Of a stretch of DNA of 10,203 bases, positions 1 to 6,368 are shown one piece after another (position 1 is the stretch's first letter; each line of letters opens with the position of its first letter). This stretch comes from an archaeon (lineage in GTDB: Archaea > Iainarchaeota > Iainarchaeia > Iainarchaeales > CSSED10-239): contig JBAWVI010000028.1 in the NCBI GenBank assembly GCA_037147375.1, positions 1 to 10,203 on the forward strand. Direction: 5' to 3'. The notes beneath the pieces are model-generated. The model saw nothing but the letters and a program-made list of their open reading frames with translations, ran no database searches and was not told the DNA's origin. A program made the translations under genes and the position numbers.

Positions 1-2
1 AA

Positions 3-779
3 GAATATTTATATTTTTCAAATAATTCAAATTTATTAAATGCAATATATGATGATGCATTTATTGACCAATACCAGATATATTTGAAAAGGCAATATCC
101 TGAGCTTGCAATAAATAATGTAATTGAGTCGAAGGATTATGTTACTACAATAATTAAAAAAGTAATTTATGAAGATTCAATTAAATATTATCCAGATATG
201 GATATAGAAATTTTATTAAGTTTATTGAAAATTATATTAAAAGATCCTGGGCAAATTATAGATTATGTTGATTTAGCAAATGAGTTAGGTACAGATAGAA
301 AAGCAATATCTAAATATTTAGATTATTTAATTAATTCTGGTCTTGTTAGAAAAACATATCATTTTTCAAATAATGCTAGAAAAGTTGAAAAGATGTCTAA
401 AAAGTTTTATCCATTTTGTACAACTTTAATTTCCTTTGTAAATGATAATCCAAATGAAAGTAAATTGATTGAGACAGATGTTGCATTTCAACTAAATGCA
501 GAATATTTTTGGGATGATAAAGGCACAAGAGAAGTTGATTTTATAATTTTTGATGATATCTCTTCTAAAAAGATTGGTGTTGAAGTGAAATATAGAAATC
601 AGATTACTGCAAAAGATATTAATAATTTTAAATTAAAAGCTATAGAAAAATTAAGTTTAGATAAAAAGTATTTAATTATTAAAGATGGATCAATAATTGA
701 TTTTGATCCAAAAAAAGAAAATATTATTTTATTAAAATATTATTTAGTTTGGAGAGATTTTAATAATTTAAAGAATTAA
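3..779 (+). CDS. AAA+ ATPase of the COG1373/DUF4143 type, C-terminal portion only (5' end outside the window)
   Basis: The frame of the 84..779 ORF has no stop codon back to position 3 (EYLYFSNNSNLLNAIYDDAFIDQYQIYLKRQ...). The TTG at 84 is therefore an artefact of the window edge. There is a wHTH-like segment (IIDYVDLANELGTDRKAISKYLDYLINSGLV, then KKFYPFCTTL). The C-terminal nuclease-like motif (REVDFIIFDD...IGVEVKY) matches my recollection of DUF4143 ATPases. Confidence 0.7.
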   Translation, partial: EYLYFSNNSNLLNAIYDDAFIDQYQIYLKRQYPELAINNVIESKDYVTTIIKKVIYEDSIKYYPDMDIEILLSLLKIILKDPGQIIDYVDLANELGTDRKAISKYLDYLINSGLVRKTYHFSNNARKVEKMSKKFYPFCTTLISFVNDNPNESKLIETDVAFQLNAEYFWDDKGTREVDFIIFDDISSKKIGVEVKYRNQITAKDINNFKLKAIEKLSLDKKYLIIKDGSIIDFDPKKENIILLKYYLVWRDFNNLKN

Positions 780-815
780 ACTAAAACACAGTGTGTTATA
801 TTTGTTGGACAGTTT

Positions 816-1385
816 ATGCTTACAAAAATCTCTGAAGGAATATACAAAATATCAAATTCATCTAACCTCTTCTATTTATCAGATTTTCAAACATTAATTG
901 ATGCAGGGGATAGAATAGATAGAGATGAAATTATTTCTGATTCTATTTCTATCTTTCAGCCAACAGAGATTAAGCAAGTTATCTTTACTCATCTTCACTA
1001 TGATCATATAGGTAACTTTGATATATTTACTAAAGCAAATTTCTTTGCATCAGGAAAAGAAATAAAAACTTTAAAAGAAAATAGAGAAGGAACTATTCTT
1101 GATCCCTCTCTTTCAAAAATATTTAATTGTAAGATAAAGAACATCTCTGGTATTAAGCTTCCTTTCAATAGATTCTTAATTTTAGAAACTCCTGGACACA
1201 CAATAGGAAGTATGTGTATATTTGATAAACAAGAGAAGATACTTTTTTCTGGAGATACTTTGTTTGATAACGGAAACATAGGAAGATGCGATCTTGAAAC
1301 ATCAGTTCCAGGAACTATGAAACAAAGCTTACAAAAACTAAAAGCACTTGATTATAAGATTCTTTGTCCTGGGCATGATTATTAA
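816..1385 (+). CDS. small MBL-fold metallo-hydrolase
   Basis: It carries the classic metallo-beta-lactamase motifs in order: HLHYDH (HxHxDH), TPGHTIGS, FSGDTLF and a C-terminal CPGHDY. It has an ATG start and lies 37 nt after the upstream gene. Confidence 0.88.
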   Translation: MLTKISEGIYKISNSSNLFYLSDFQTLIDAGDRIDRDEIISDSISIFQPTEIKQVIFTHLHYDHIGNFDIFTKANFFASGKEIKTLKENREGTILDPSLSKIFNCKIKNISGIKLPFNRFLILETPGHTIGSMCIFDKQEKILFSGDTLFDNGNIGRCDLETSVPGTMKQSLQKLKALDYKILCPGHDY

Positions 1386-1393
1386 TCTCAAAG

Positions 1394-1465
1394 GTATGCT
1401 TGGCCAGCTACCCCCCCGAAAAGAATATATAAGCAAATAATTATATATTAATGGTGATACTTAAG
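1394..1465 (+). repeat. R1 copy A (1394-1430) plus R3 extension (1431-1465)
   Basis: GTATGCTTGGCCAGCTACCCCCCCGAAAAGAATATAT is followed by AAGCAAATAATTATATATTAATGGTGATACTTAAG. R1 recurs at 3051, 4149, 4960 and 6369. The R3 extension recurs almost identically at 6406-6441. R1 starts 8 nt after the stop codon at 1385. Confidence 0.9.
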
Positions 1466-1563
1466 GATAGGTTGATAATAATTACAAGCAAAAAAATGTT
1501 TAATTAATAATATGTAGGTAATATTTATAATATTGCGTAATTGCTTATAGGTAAGGAAAGTAT

Positions 1564-1571
1564 TTAAATAC
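1564..1571 (+). promoter_or_regulatory. candidate archaeal TATA box for a leaderless transcript starting near ATG 1593
   Basis: TTTAAATA is centred about 26 nt upstream of ATG 1593. No Shine-Dalgarno motif lies in between. TATA-like strings are frequent in DNA this AT-rich, so support is weak. Confidence 0.35.
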
Positions 1572-1592
1572 CTTTTGTTACTTACACATAGT

Positions 1593-2192
1593 ATGCTTGC
1601 AAGAAATATTAAACAATTAAGAATAATTAGAACACTTTTAGATAATCCTATAGGGTCTTTAACAAAATATAGAATTGCAAAGATCGTAGGTTGTTCGACA
1701 CCAAGAGTAATCCAAGTTATACACAAACTAGAACAACAAAAATTAGTTGCAGGTACAACTGTTATTGACTTAAATAAATTAATAGATTATTATATTAAAA
1801 TAAACACCCAGAAATTAAAAAAATATTATTATCATCTTTCAAACCCAATGGATTTCTTTAAAAAAATAAAACTAGATTATGCTTTTACAACATATATTGC
1901 AGAGAACATAGTGAATCATCACTTATTTCCAAATAAATTTGAATTATATGTGTCTAAAAAAGATATTATGGCCTGGGTGGAATTATTAAAAGATAATGCA
2001 TTAATAGGAAAAGGAAATTTAGTATTAATTGTTTTAGAAGATGATGATGTATTAAAAGAATCTAAAAAGATTGATAATTATAATATTATATCTATTCCAC
2101 AATTATTGATTGATCTTAAACGCGAAGGTGGAGTATGTATAGAAGCATATAATATTTTATTAGATAAATATGTACGACAAAAGAGAAACTGA
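1593..2192 (+). CDS. wHTH DNA-binding protein, AbiEi-like antitoxin/regulator candidate
   Basis: The N-terminal wHTH is LRIIRTLLDNPIGSLTKYRIAKIVGCSTPRVIQVIHKLEQQKLV. The C-terminal part (YAFTTYIAENIVNHHLF...ELYV, IISIPQLLIDLKREGG) resembles the AbiEi C-terminal domain pattern. I prefer ATG 1593 to the TTG at 1575 used by the ORF track. The gene overlaps the downstream gene by 23 nt. Confidence 0.6.
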   Translation: MLARNIKQLRIIRTLLDNPIGSLTKYRIAKIVGCSTPRVIQVIHKLEQQKLVAGTTVIDLNKLIDYYIKINTQKLKKYYYHLSNPMDFFKKIKLDYAFTTYIAENIVNHHLFPNKFELYVSKKDIMAWVELLKDNALIGKGNLVLIVLEDDDVLKESKKIDNYNIISIPQLLIDLKREGGVCIEAYNILLDKYVRQKRN

Positions 2193-2931
2193 TATAAGTT
2201 ATAAATACTTGAAATCAATAATATTAAAACTACATGAACCAATTATAATTATAGGTGGTTGGGCAACCTACTTTACAGTAAATAAAAACTATAAAAAAGA
2301 ATTTGGTGTTAATTATATTGGTTCTAGAGATGTAGATCTAGGATTTAATAATATAAAATCCTTTAAAGAAACAAGTACTATCCTAGAAAAAGATGGATTT
2401 GAATTTATATGTTTTAGATATTTAAAAGAAATAAGTTATGAGACTGGTAAAGAATTAACTAAAAAAGAATCTATGATTATTCCAATATATAATATTTTTT
2501 CAATGTATGTTGATTTAATAATTTCAGAAACAGATTTGAAAATAGAAAAAGAACTTGGATTTGTTCCTGTTGATGAACCATTAATTAAATTGGTTTTTAC
2601 AAATAAAAAACATAGAACAGAATTAATTGAATTTAGAAAAAAATTATGGTTACCATCTCCATACCTATTATTAACTACAAAAATTAATGCTATAGTAAAC
2701 AGAACCAAAGATCATAAGAGAGTTAAAGATTATTGTGATATTATTGCAATTTGTTTATATTCTGGAGAAAACACAAATAATTTAATTTTTTTTGTAAAAG
2801 AGAACGCGATTAAAGAAAGAATATTAAAACTTAAAAAAATTATTAATCAAGAAGAATTAAAGCAAGTTTCTAATATATTAAAAATAGATATAGATATAAT
2901 AAATAAAGTAATAAATAAAATAGTAAATTAA
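2170..2931 (+). CDS. minimal nucleotidyltransferase-fold protein (AbiEii/DUF2204-like toxin candidate)
   Basis: NTase signature: IIIGGWATYF ... GSRDVDLGF (G-G/S ... DxD), then a hydrophobic strand with Asp (MYVDLII). A C-terminal KRVKDYCDI mirrors the VRDIFDI motif of the AbiEii at 7325..8272. The 23-nt overlap with the upstream wHTH gene suggests an operon. Confidence 0.62.
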   Translation: MYDKRETDISYKYLKSIILKLHEPIIIIGGWATYFTVNKNYKKEFGVNYIGSRDVDLGFNNIKSFKETSTILEKDGFEFICFRYLKEISYETGKELTKKESMIIPIYNIFSMYVDLIISETDLKIEKELGFVPVDEPLIKLVFTNKKHRTELIEFRKKLWLPSPYLLLTTKINAIVNRTKDHKRVKDYCDIIAICLYSGENTNNLIFFVKENAIKERILKLKKIINQEELKQVSNILKIDIDIINKVINKIVN

Positions 2932-2986
2932 CTTAATTAACTTAACAGATATTTAAATATAATAACATTTTATACTACTACACTAC

Positions 2987-3018
2987 TTTTCCTTATATTA
3001 TATATTCAATAATATCCT
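2987..3018 (+). repeat. R2 copy 1 (TATA-rich repeat)
   Basis: The sequence is TTTTCCTTATATTATATATTCAATAATATCCT. Positions 2992-3018 are identical over 27 nt to 8438-8464, and 18 nt are shared with 4869-4886. It lies 33 nt upstream of R1 copy B. It could be a BRE/TATA promoter, but I cannot establish that. Confidence 0.85.
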
Positions 3019-3050
3019 ATCCCTTCTCAACCAATCTAATTCTGGTTCAA

Positions 3051-3090
3051 TGATGCTTGGCCAGCTACCCCCCCGAAAAGAATATACACC
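3051..3090 (+). repeat. R1 copy B
   Basis: TGATGCTTGGCCAGCTACCCCCCCGAAAAGAATATAC is followed by ACC. The right flank ATATACACC and the left flank TTCAAT..GATGC are shared with copy D. Confidence 0.9.
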
Positions 3091-3122
3091 CCAAATTCTA
3101 TAATATATCCGGTGACTTGTGT

Positions 3123-4148
3123 ATGGGTAATAATAAAAGTATTGTGAATAAAGAATATATTCTTTTTTTAAACGATATTAAGCAAAGAATAATAACATCT
3201 CAATATACTGCACTAAAAGCAGTAAATAAGGAATTAATTAATCTTTATTGGGATATAGGAAAAAGGATAGTTGAAAAACAAAAAGAACTTAAATGGGGTA
3301 AATCAGTTGTTGAAAACCTCGCAAAAGATTTACAGAATGAATTCCCAGGCATCAAGGGTTTTTCTTCCAGAAACTTGTGGAATATGAAGCTATTTTATGA
3401 CATTTATAAGACAAACACAAAACTGCAACCATTGGTTGCAGAAATTAGCTGGGCAAAGAATATAGTTATTTTAGAGAAATGTAAAGATGATCTTGAAAAG
3501 GAATTTTATATTAGAGTTACTTCAAAGTATGGATGGACTAAAAACATATTAATTAATCAAATTGAAAATAAATCTTATGAGAAGTTTCTATTAAATCAAA
3601 CAAATTTTGATAAAGCTATTCCTGAAAAATATAAAGATCAAGCCAAGCTTGCAGTAAAAGATGAATATACTTTTGATTTTCTTGAATTAGGAGAAGAACA
3701 TTCAGAAAAAGAACTTGAAAATTCTTTAATTAAAAACATAAAAGAATTTCTAAATGAAATGGGTGGATACTTTTGTTTTATTGGAAGTCAATATCGTCTA
3801 AAAATTGATAATGAAGAATATTTTATTGATTTAGTTTTATATCATCGTAAGTTAAGATGCTTAATGGCTCTTGAACTGAAAATAGGTAAATTTAAACCAG
3901 AGTATGCTGGCAAGATGCAATTTTATTTATCAGCATTAGATGATTTAGTAAAGCTTGAAAATGAAAATCCATCAATTGGAATTATTATATGTAAAGAAAA
4001 AAACAGAACAACAGTTGACTATGCATTAAAAGATGTTAAAAAACCAATCGGGATATCAACCTATAAGATGACTTCAACTTTACCAAAAAGTCTTATGAAG
4101 TATTTACCTTCAAGAGGAGATATAGAAAGAAGAATATTTAAAATATAA
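3123..4148 (+). CDS. YhcG-family (DUF1016) PD-(D/E)XK nuclease domain protein
   Basis: The N-terminal region (FLNDIKQRIITSQYTALKAVNKELINLYWDIGKRIVEKQ) and the nuclease core (FIDLVLYHRKLRCLMALELKIGKFKPEYAGKMQFYLSALDD) are typical of the YhcG family. GGTGA at 3111-3115 lies 7 nt upstream of ATG 3123. The track's start at 3057 is a TTG inside repeat R1, so I reject it. Confidence 0.88.
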   Translation: MGNNKSIVNKEYILFLNDIKQRIITSQYTALKAVNKELINLYWDIGKRIVEKQKELKWGKSVVENLAKDLQNEFPGIKGFSSRNLWNMKLFYDIYKTNTKLQPLVAEISWAKNIVILEKCKDDLEKEFYIRVTSKYGWTKNILINQIENKSYEKFLLNQTNFDKAIPEKYKDQAKLAVKDEYTFDFLELGEEHSEKELENSLIKNIKEFLNEMGGYFCFIGSQYRLKIDNEEYFIDLVLYHRKLRCLMALELKIGKFKPEYAGKMQFYLSALDDLVKLENENPSIGIIICKEKNRTTVDYALKDVKKPIGISTYKMTSTLPKSLMKYLPSRGDIERRIFKI

Positions 4149-4186
4149 GTATGCTTGGCCACACAACCCCACTGAAAAGAATATAC
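4149..4186 (+). repeat. R1 copy C (most divergent copy, 1-nt longer)
   Basis: The sequence is GTATGCTTGGCCACACAACCCCACTGAAAAGAATATAC. It begins right after the TAA at 4146-4148. It fills essentially the whole 42-bp gap between the convergent genes 3123..4148 (+) and 4191..4712 (-). Confidence 0.85.
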
Positions 4187-4190
4187 AAAT

Positions 4191-4712
4191 TTAATTGAAC
4201 GCAGGAATACCAATATTTACTTTTGTTTTAGTATTTATAAGATATTTATCAAGAATTGGTACAAGTACAATTATGAAGATACACACGGTTGCTAAATGAA
4301 GTAACGTAAACGGAATTTGTCCTACAAATGCAACTATAAAGCTCATATGAAATAAAAACGAACTCATTATTGGTCCTGTAATAAAATCAAATATTAAAAC
4401 TCCAAAAACTCCACCAGTAATATAGTTTAATAACGTTAATCTTTCTTTATTTCTATAAATATATGCAAAAAACCAACCAAGAAGACCAAATGTTGTTGCA
4501 GTTACAATTGTCCATATTCCAACCTTGTTTGTGATAATATCGAAAGAAAACATTGTGATGAATGCAAATATACCTGCTGATAATCCATTATCTCTTTTTG
4601 CAAATGGAAGCATGGTTCCCATTATTGGATCTGCATTAGGTATATGAAGTAATCTAAAAAGGTTGCAGAAGATTCCTGCGATTACATATTTAAATATTTT
4701 CTTGAGACCCAT
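4191..4712 (-). CDS. small polytopic membrane protein of unknown function (possibly a transporter substrate-capture component)
   Basis: Its 173 aa form about five hydrophobic segments (IAGIFCNLF, GIFAFITMFSF, IWTIVTATTFGLLGWFFAYI, GGVFGVLIFDFITGPI, FTLLHLATVCIFIIVLVPI). A strong RBS, GGTGAT (complement of 4717-4722), lies 4 nt before the ATG. It is the only credible minus-strand gene in the window. Confidence 0.72.
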   Translation of the reverse strand: MGLKKIFKYVIAGIFCNLFRLLHIPNADPIMGTMLPFAKRDNGLSAGIFAFITMFSFDIITNKVGIWTIVTATTFGLLGWFFAYIYRNKERLTLLNYITGGVFGVLIFDFITGPIMSSFLFHMSFIVAFVGQIPFTLLHLATVCIFIIVLVPILDKYLINTKTKVNIGIPAFN

Positions 4713-4857
4713 CTACATCACCAACCCAGGTTATACTTATTGCTATAAAAATAAATTTAATTTGTTTAAATATTACTTCCAACAAACTTAAAAATAGATT
4801 TATACAGAAATCAAAAAAATAAGAAATTTATAAAAAAAAGTTAAATACAAAAATGAA

Positions 4858-4936
4858 TATATAATATAATATATTCAATAATATCCATCTTTTCCTAAAA
4901 CCCACATCAATAAGTAAATATCAGGATATTCTTTCA
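4858..4936 (+). repeat. R2 copy 2 (4858-4886, partial) plus R2b box (4909-4936)
   Basis: ATATATTCAATAATATCC (4869-4886) matches R2 copies 1 and 3. AATAAGTAAATATCAGGATATTCTTTCA (4909-4936) matches 8504-8531 at 26 of 28 positions. It contains the small inverted repeat AATATC-AG-GATATT. Confidence 0.8.
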
Positions 4937-4959
4937 GGGCACAGCTATTGATTCAATAA

Positions 4960-4999
4960 TGATGCTTGGCCACGTACCCCCCCGAAAAGTATATACACC
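4960..4999 (+). repeat. R1 copy D
   Basis: TGATGCTTGGCCACGTACCCCCCCGAAAAGTATATAC is followed by ACC. It lies 46 nt upstream of ATG 5045. Confidence 0.9.
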
Positions 5000-5044
5000 A
5001 CTTTATACATTATATATTTATTTCTCAAATCCAATAGGATAAGT

Positions 5045-6361
5045 ATGCAAGAAAATGAAGTAATTGAACTCAAAAAATCAACATCTGAAAATAAAGAAGC
5101 AGTTATATCTATCTGTTCAATTCTAAATAAACATAAAAAAGGAGAATTGTATTTTGGAATAAATAATAAAGGTAATTCTATTTACCAAACAATTACTGAT
5201 AAAACATTAAGAGATATTTCTCAAGTAATTTCAAGCAACATAGAACCAAAGATATATCCTATTATAGAAATAATAAATATAAATAATATTGATTGTATAA
5301 AAGTATCTTTCCAAGGAGAAAATCAACCTTATTTTGCATATGGAAGAGCATATAAAAGAGTGGCTGATGAAGATAGGCAGTTATCAGCAAAAGAGCTTGA
5401 ATTAATGATTCTTGATAAACATAAAGAAAAATTAAGATGGGATACACAAATAAATGATAAATGTAAAATTAATGATATTAGTAAAACTAAAATTAAACAA
5501 TTTTTAATAAAATCAGGAAATAAGTTTGATAACCTAAGCAATTCACTTACTAAACTTGAACTTATCAAAGAGAATAGGCTTGTAAATTGTGCAATTGCAT
5601 TATTTAGTAAAAATCCAAGATCTTTTTTCCCAAATATTAGATTAAGATGTGCAATCTTTGCAAGCGATGATACAACAACTCCAATTGATATGCAAGAATT
5701 TGATGGAGATATATTTAATTTAATTGATGAAGCTGAAAAATATGTTTTTAAAAATATACACACCGGGATGAAGCTTGATGGGTTAGTAAGAGTTGATGTT
5801 CCTGAAATAAATAAAGAAGCATTAAGAGAAGTTATAATTAATGCATTTTGTCATAGAGATTATTGGAAATATGATTCTGTAAATATTGCAATTTTTAAAA
5901 ATAGAATTGAAGTAAGAAGTCCTGGTCTTCTTTATCATGGGCTTACTATAAAAAAAATAAGAACAGAGCAGGTTTCTGAAAGAAGAAATGAAAAAATTGC
6001 AGAATTATTTCATCTGATTCATTATGTTGAAAGATGGGGAAGAGGGATAAGTTTAATATTATTAAAAGAACCAGAAACTGAGTTTAAAGAAGTAGGAAGT
6101 CAGTTTATAGTTGTGTTTAAAAGAAAAGTAAGCTCAACAGAAACTGTGGCAAAAAGTTCGGAGAAAAGTTCGGAGAAGAGTTCGGAGAAAATATTAACAT
6201 TAATTAAAGTAAATTCTTTAATTTCCGCAAAAGAGTTAGCTATTAATTTAAAGATTAGTTCGAGAGCAGTAGAAAAACAAATTTCAAAATTAAAACTTGA
6301 AGGGAAGATAAGAAGAATAGGTTCAGATAAAGGTGGGCATTGGGAAATAATTTCAAAGTAA
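5045..6361 (+). CDS. AlbA_2 (Schlafen-like) + HATPase_c_4 + C-terminal wHTH protein ('putative DNA-binding / RecG-like ATP-binding' family)
   Basis: The N-terminus (EVIELKKSTSENKEAVISICSILNKHKKGELYFGINNKG) fits the AlbA_2 pattern. REVIINAFCHRDYW...IAIFKNRIEVRSPGLL...RRNEKIAELFHLIHYVERWGRGISLI fits HATPase_c_4. The C-terminal wHTH is ISAKELAINLKISSRAVEKQISKLKLEGKIRRIG. A weak SD (AGGAT) lies 5 nt upstream of the ATG. Confidence 0.85.
   Translation: MQENEVIELKKSTSENKEAVISICSILNKHKKGELYFGINNKGNSIYQTITDKTLRDISQVISSNIEPKIYPIIEIININNIDCIKVSFQGENQPYFAYGRAYKRVADEDRQLSAKELELMILDKHKEKLRWDTQINDKCKINDISKTKIKQFLIKSGNKFDNLSNSLTKLELIKENRLVNCAIALFSKNPRSFFPNIRLRCAIFASDDTTTPIDMQEFDGDIFNLIDEAEKYVFKNIHTGMKLDGLVRVDVPEINKEALREVIINAFCHRDYWKYDSVNIAIFKNRIEVRSPGLLYHGLTIKKIRTEQVSERRNEKIAELFHLIHYVERWGRGISLILLKEPETEFKEVGSQFIVVFKRKVSSTETVAKSSEKSSEKSSEKILTLIKVNSLISAKELAINLKISSRAVEKQISKLKLEGKIRRIGSDKGGHWEIISK
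6155..6190 (+). repeat. 12-bp x 3 in-frame tandem repeat (AGTTCGGAGAAR) encoding (SSEK)3
   Basis: The units are AGTTCGGAGAAA, AGTTCGGAGAAG and AGTTCGGAGAAA. They sit in the linker between the HATPase_c_4 region and the C-terminal wHTH of the 5045..6361 gene. Confidence 0.9.
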
Positions 6362-6368
6362 ATCAGAT

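Noticed and set aside
1396-1440. R1 begins with ATG and can be read as a micro-ORF (MLGQLPPRKEYISK* in copy A, with similar 14-26 aa peptides in copies B, D and E).
   Set aside because: Copy C has a 1-nt indel that shifts the frame (MLGHTTPLKRIY...). Substitutions among copies are mostly non-synonymous (Q/H, L/V, P/L, E/V/G). The peptides end at different lengths, and no RBS precedes the ATG. Conservation is at the nucleotide level, not the peptide level.
1394-1465. R1 (+R3) as a canonical integron attC site.
   Set aside because: I could not find RYYYAAC / GTTRRRY core sites on either strand. I also found no convincing imperfect hairpin with extrahelical bases, only short ad hoc pairings (e.g. 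CTACC with GGTGA/GGTGG) that do not covary cleanly. The array architecture is integron-like, but the site is not a recognisable attC by eye. A covariance-model search should still be run.
1451-1507. Small ORF starting at the conserved ATGGTG of R3 (MVILKDRLIIITSKKMFN* in copy A).
   Set aside because: The equivalent ORF in copy E is only 8 codons (MVVLQEIV*) and diverges immediately after the conserved nucleotides. The conserved unit is therefore the DNA or RNA, not a peptide.
1590-1602. AGTATGCTTGCAAG at the start codon of the 1593 gene (and ATGCTTAC at the start of the 816 gene) resembles the 5' end of R1 (GTATGCTTGG).
   Set aside because: Only about 9 contiguous matching bases, with no C-rich half. 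A match this short is plausible by chance in 10 kb searched on two strands. It is worth re-checking only if R1 proves to be a recombination site with a half-site core.
3047-3080. C/D-box sRNA: AATGATGC (C-box-like) in copies B and D, and CTGA (D-box) in copy C.
   Set aside because: The C-box-like and D-box-like motifs never occur together in the same copy. Copies A and C lack the TGATG, copies A, B, D and E have CCGA instead of CTGA, and there are no C'/D' boxes.
3051-3087. The reverse complement of R1 (CGGGGGGGTAGCTGGCCAAGCATC) looks like the 5' acceptor and D-arm of a tRNA. That suggested tRNA-fragment att sites left by serial integration of elements.
   Set aside because: The putative D-loop is too short, and none of the five copies continues into an anticodon or T arm. 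I checked the flanks of B and D on the minus strand. The 'elements' would be only 0.8-1.7 kb with no integrase. The possibility is not excluded that R1 derives from a tRNA-like att core elsewhere in the genome.
3038-3099. AATTCT occurs on both sides of R1 copy B (3038-3043 and 3094-3099), suggesting a target-site duplication of a MITE-like insertion.
   Set aside because: A 6-nt AT-rich match is expected by chance. No comparable flanking duplication occurs at the other four copies, and there are no terminal inverted repeats.
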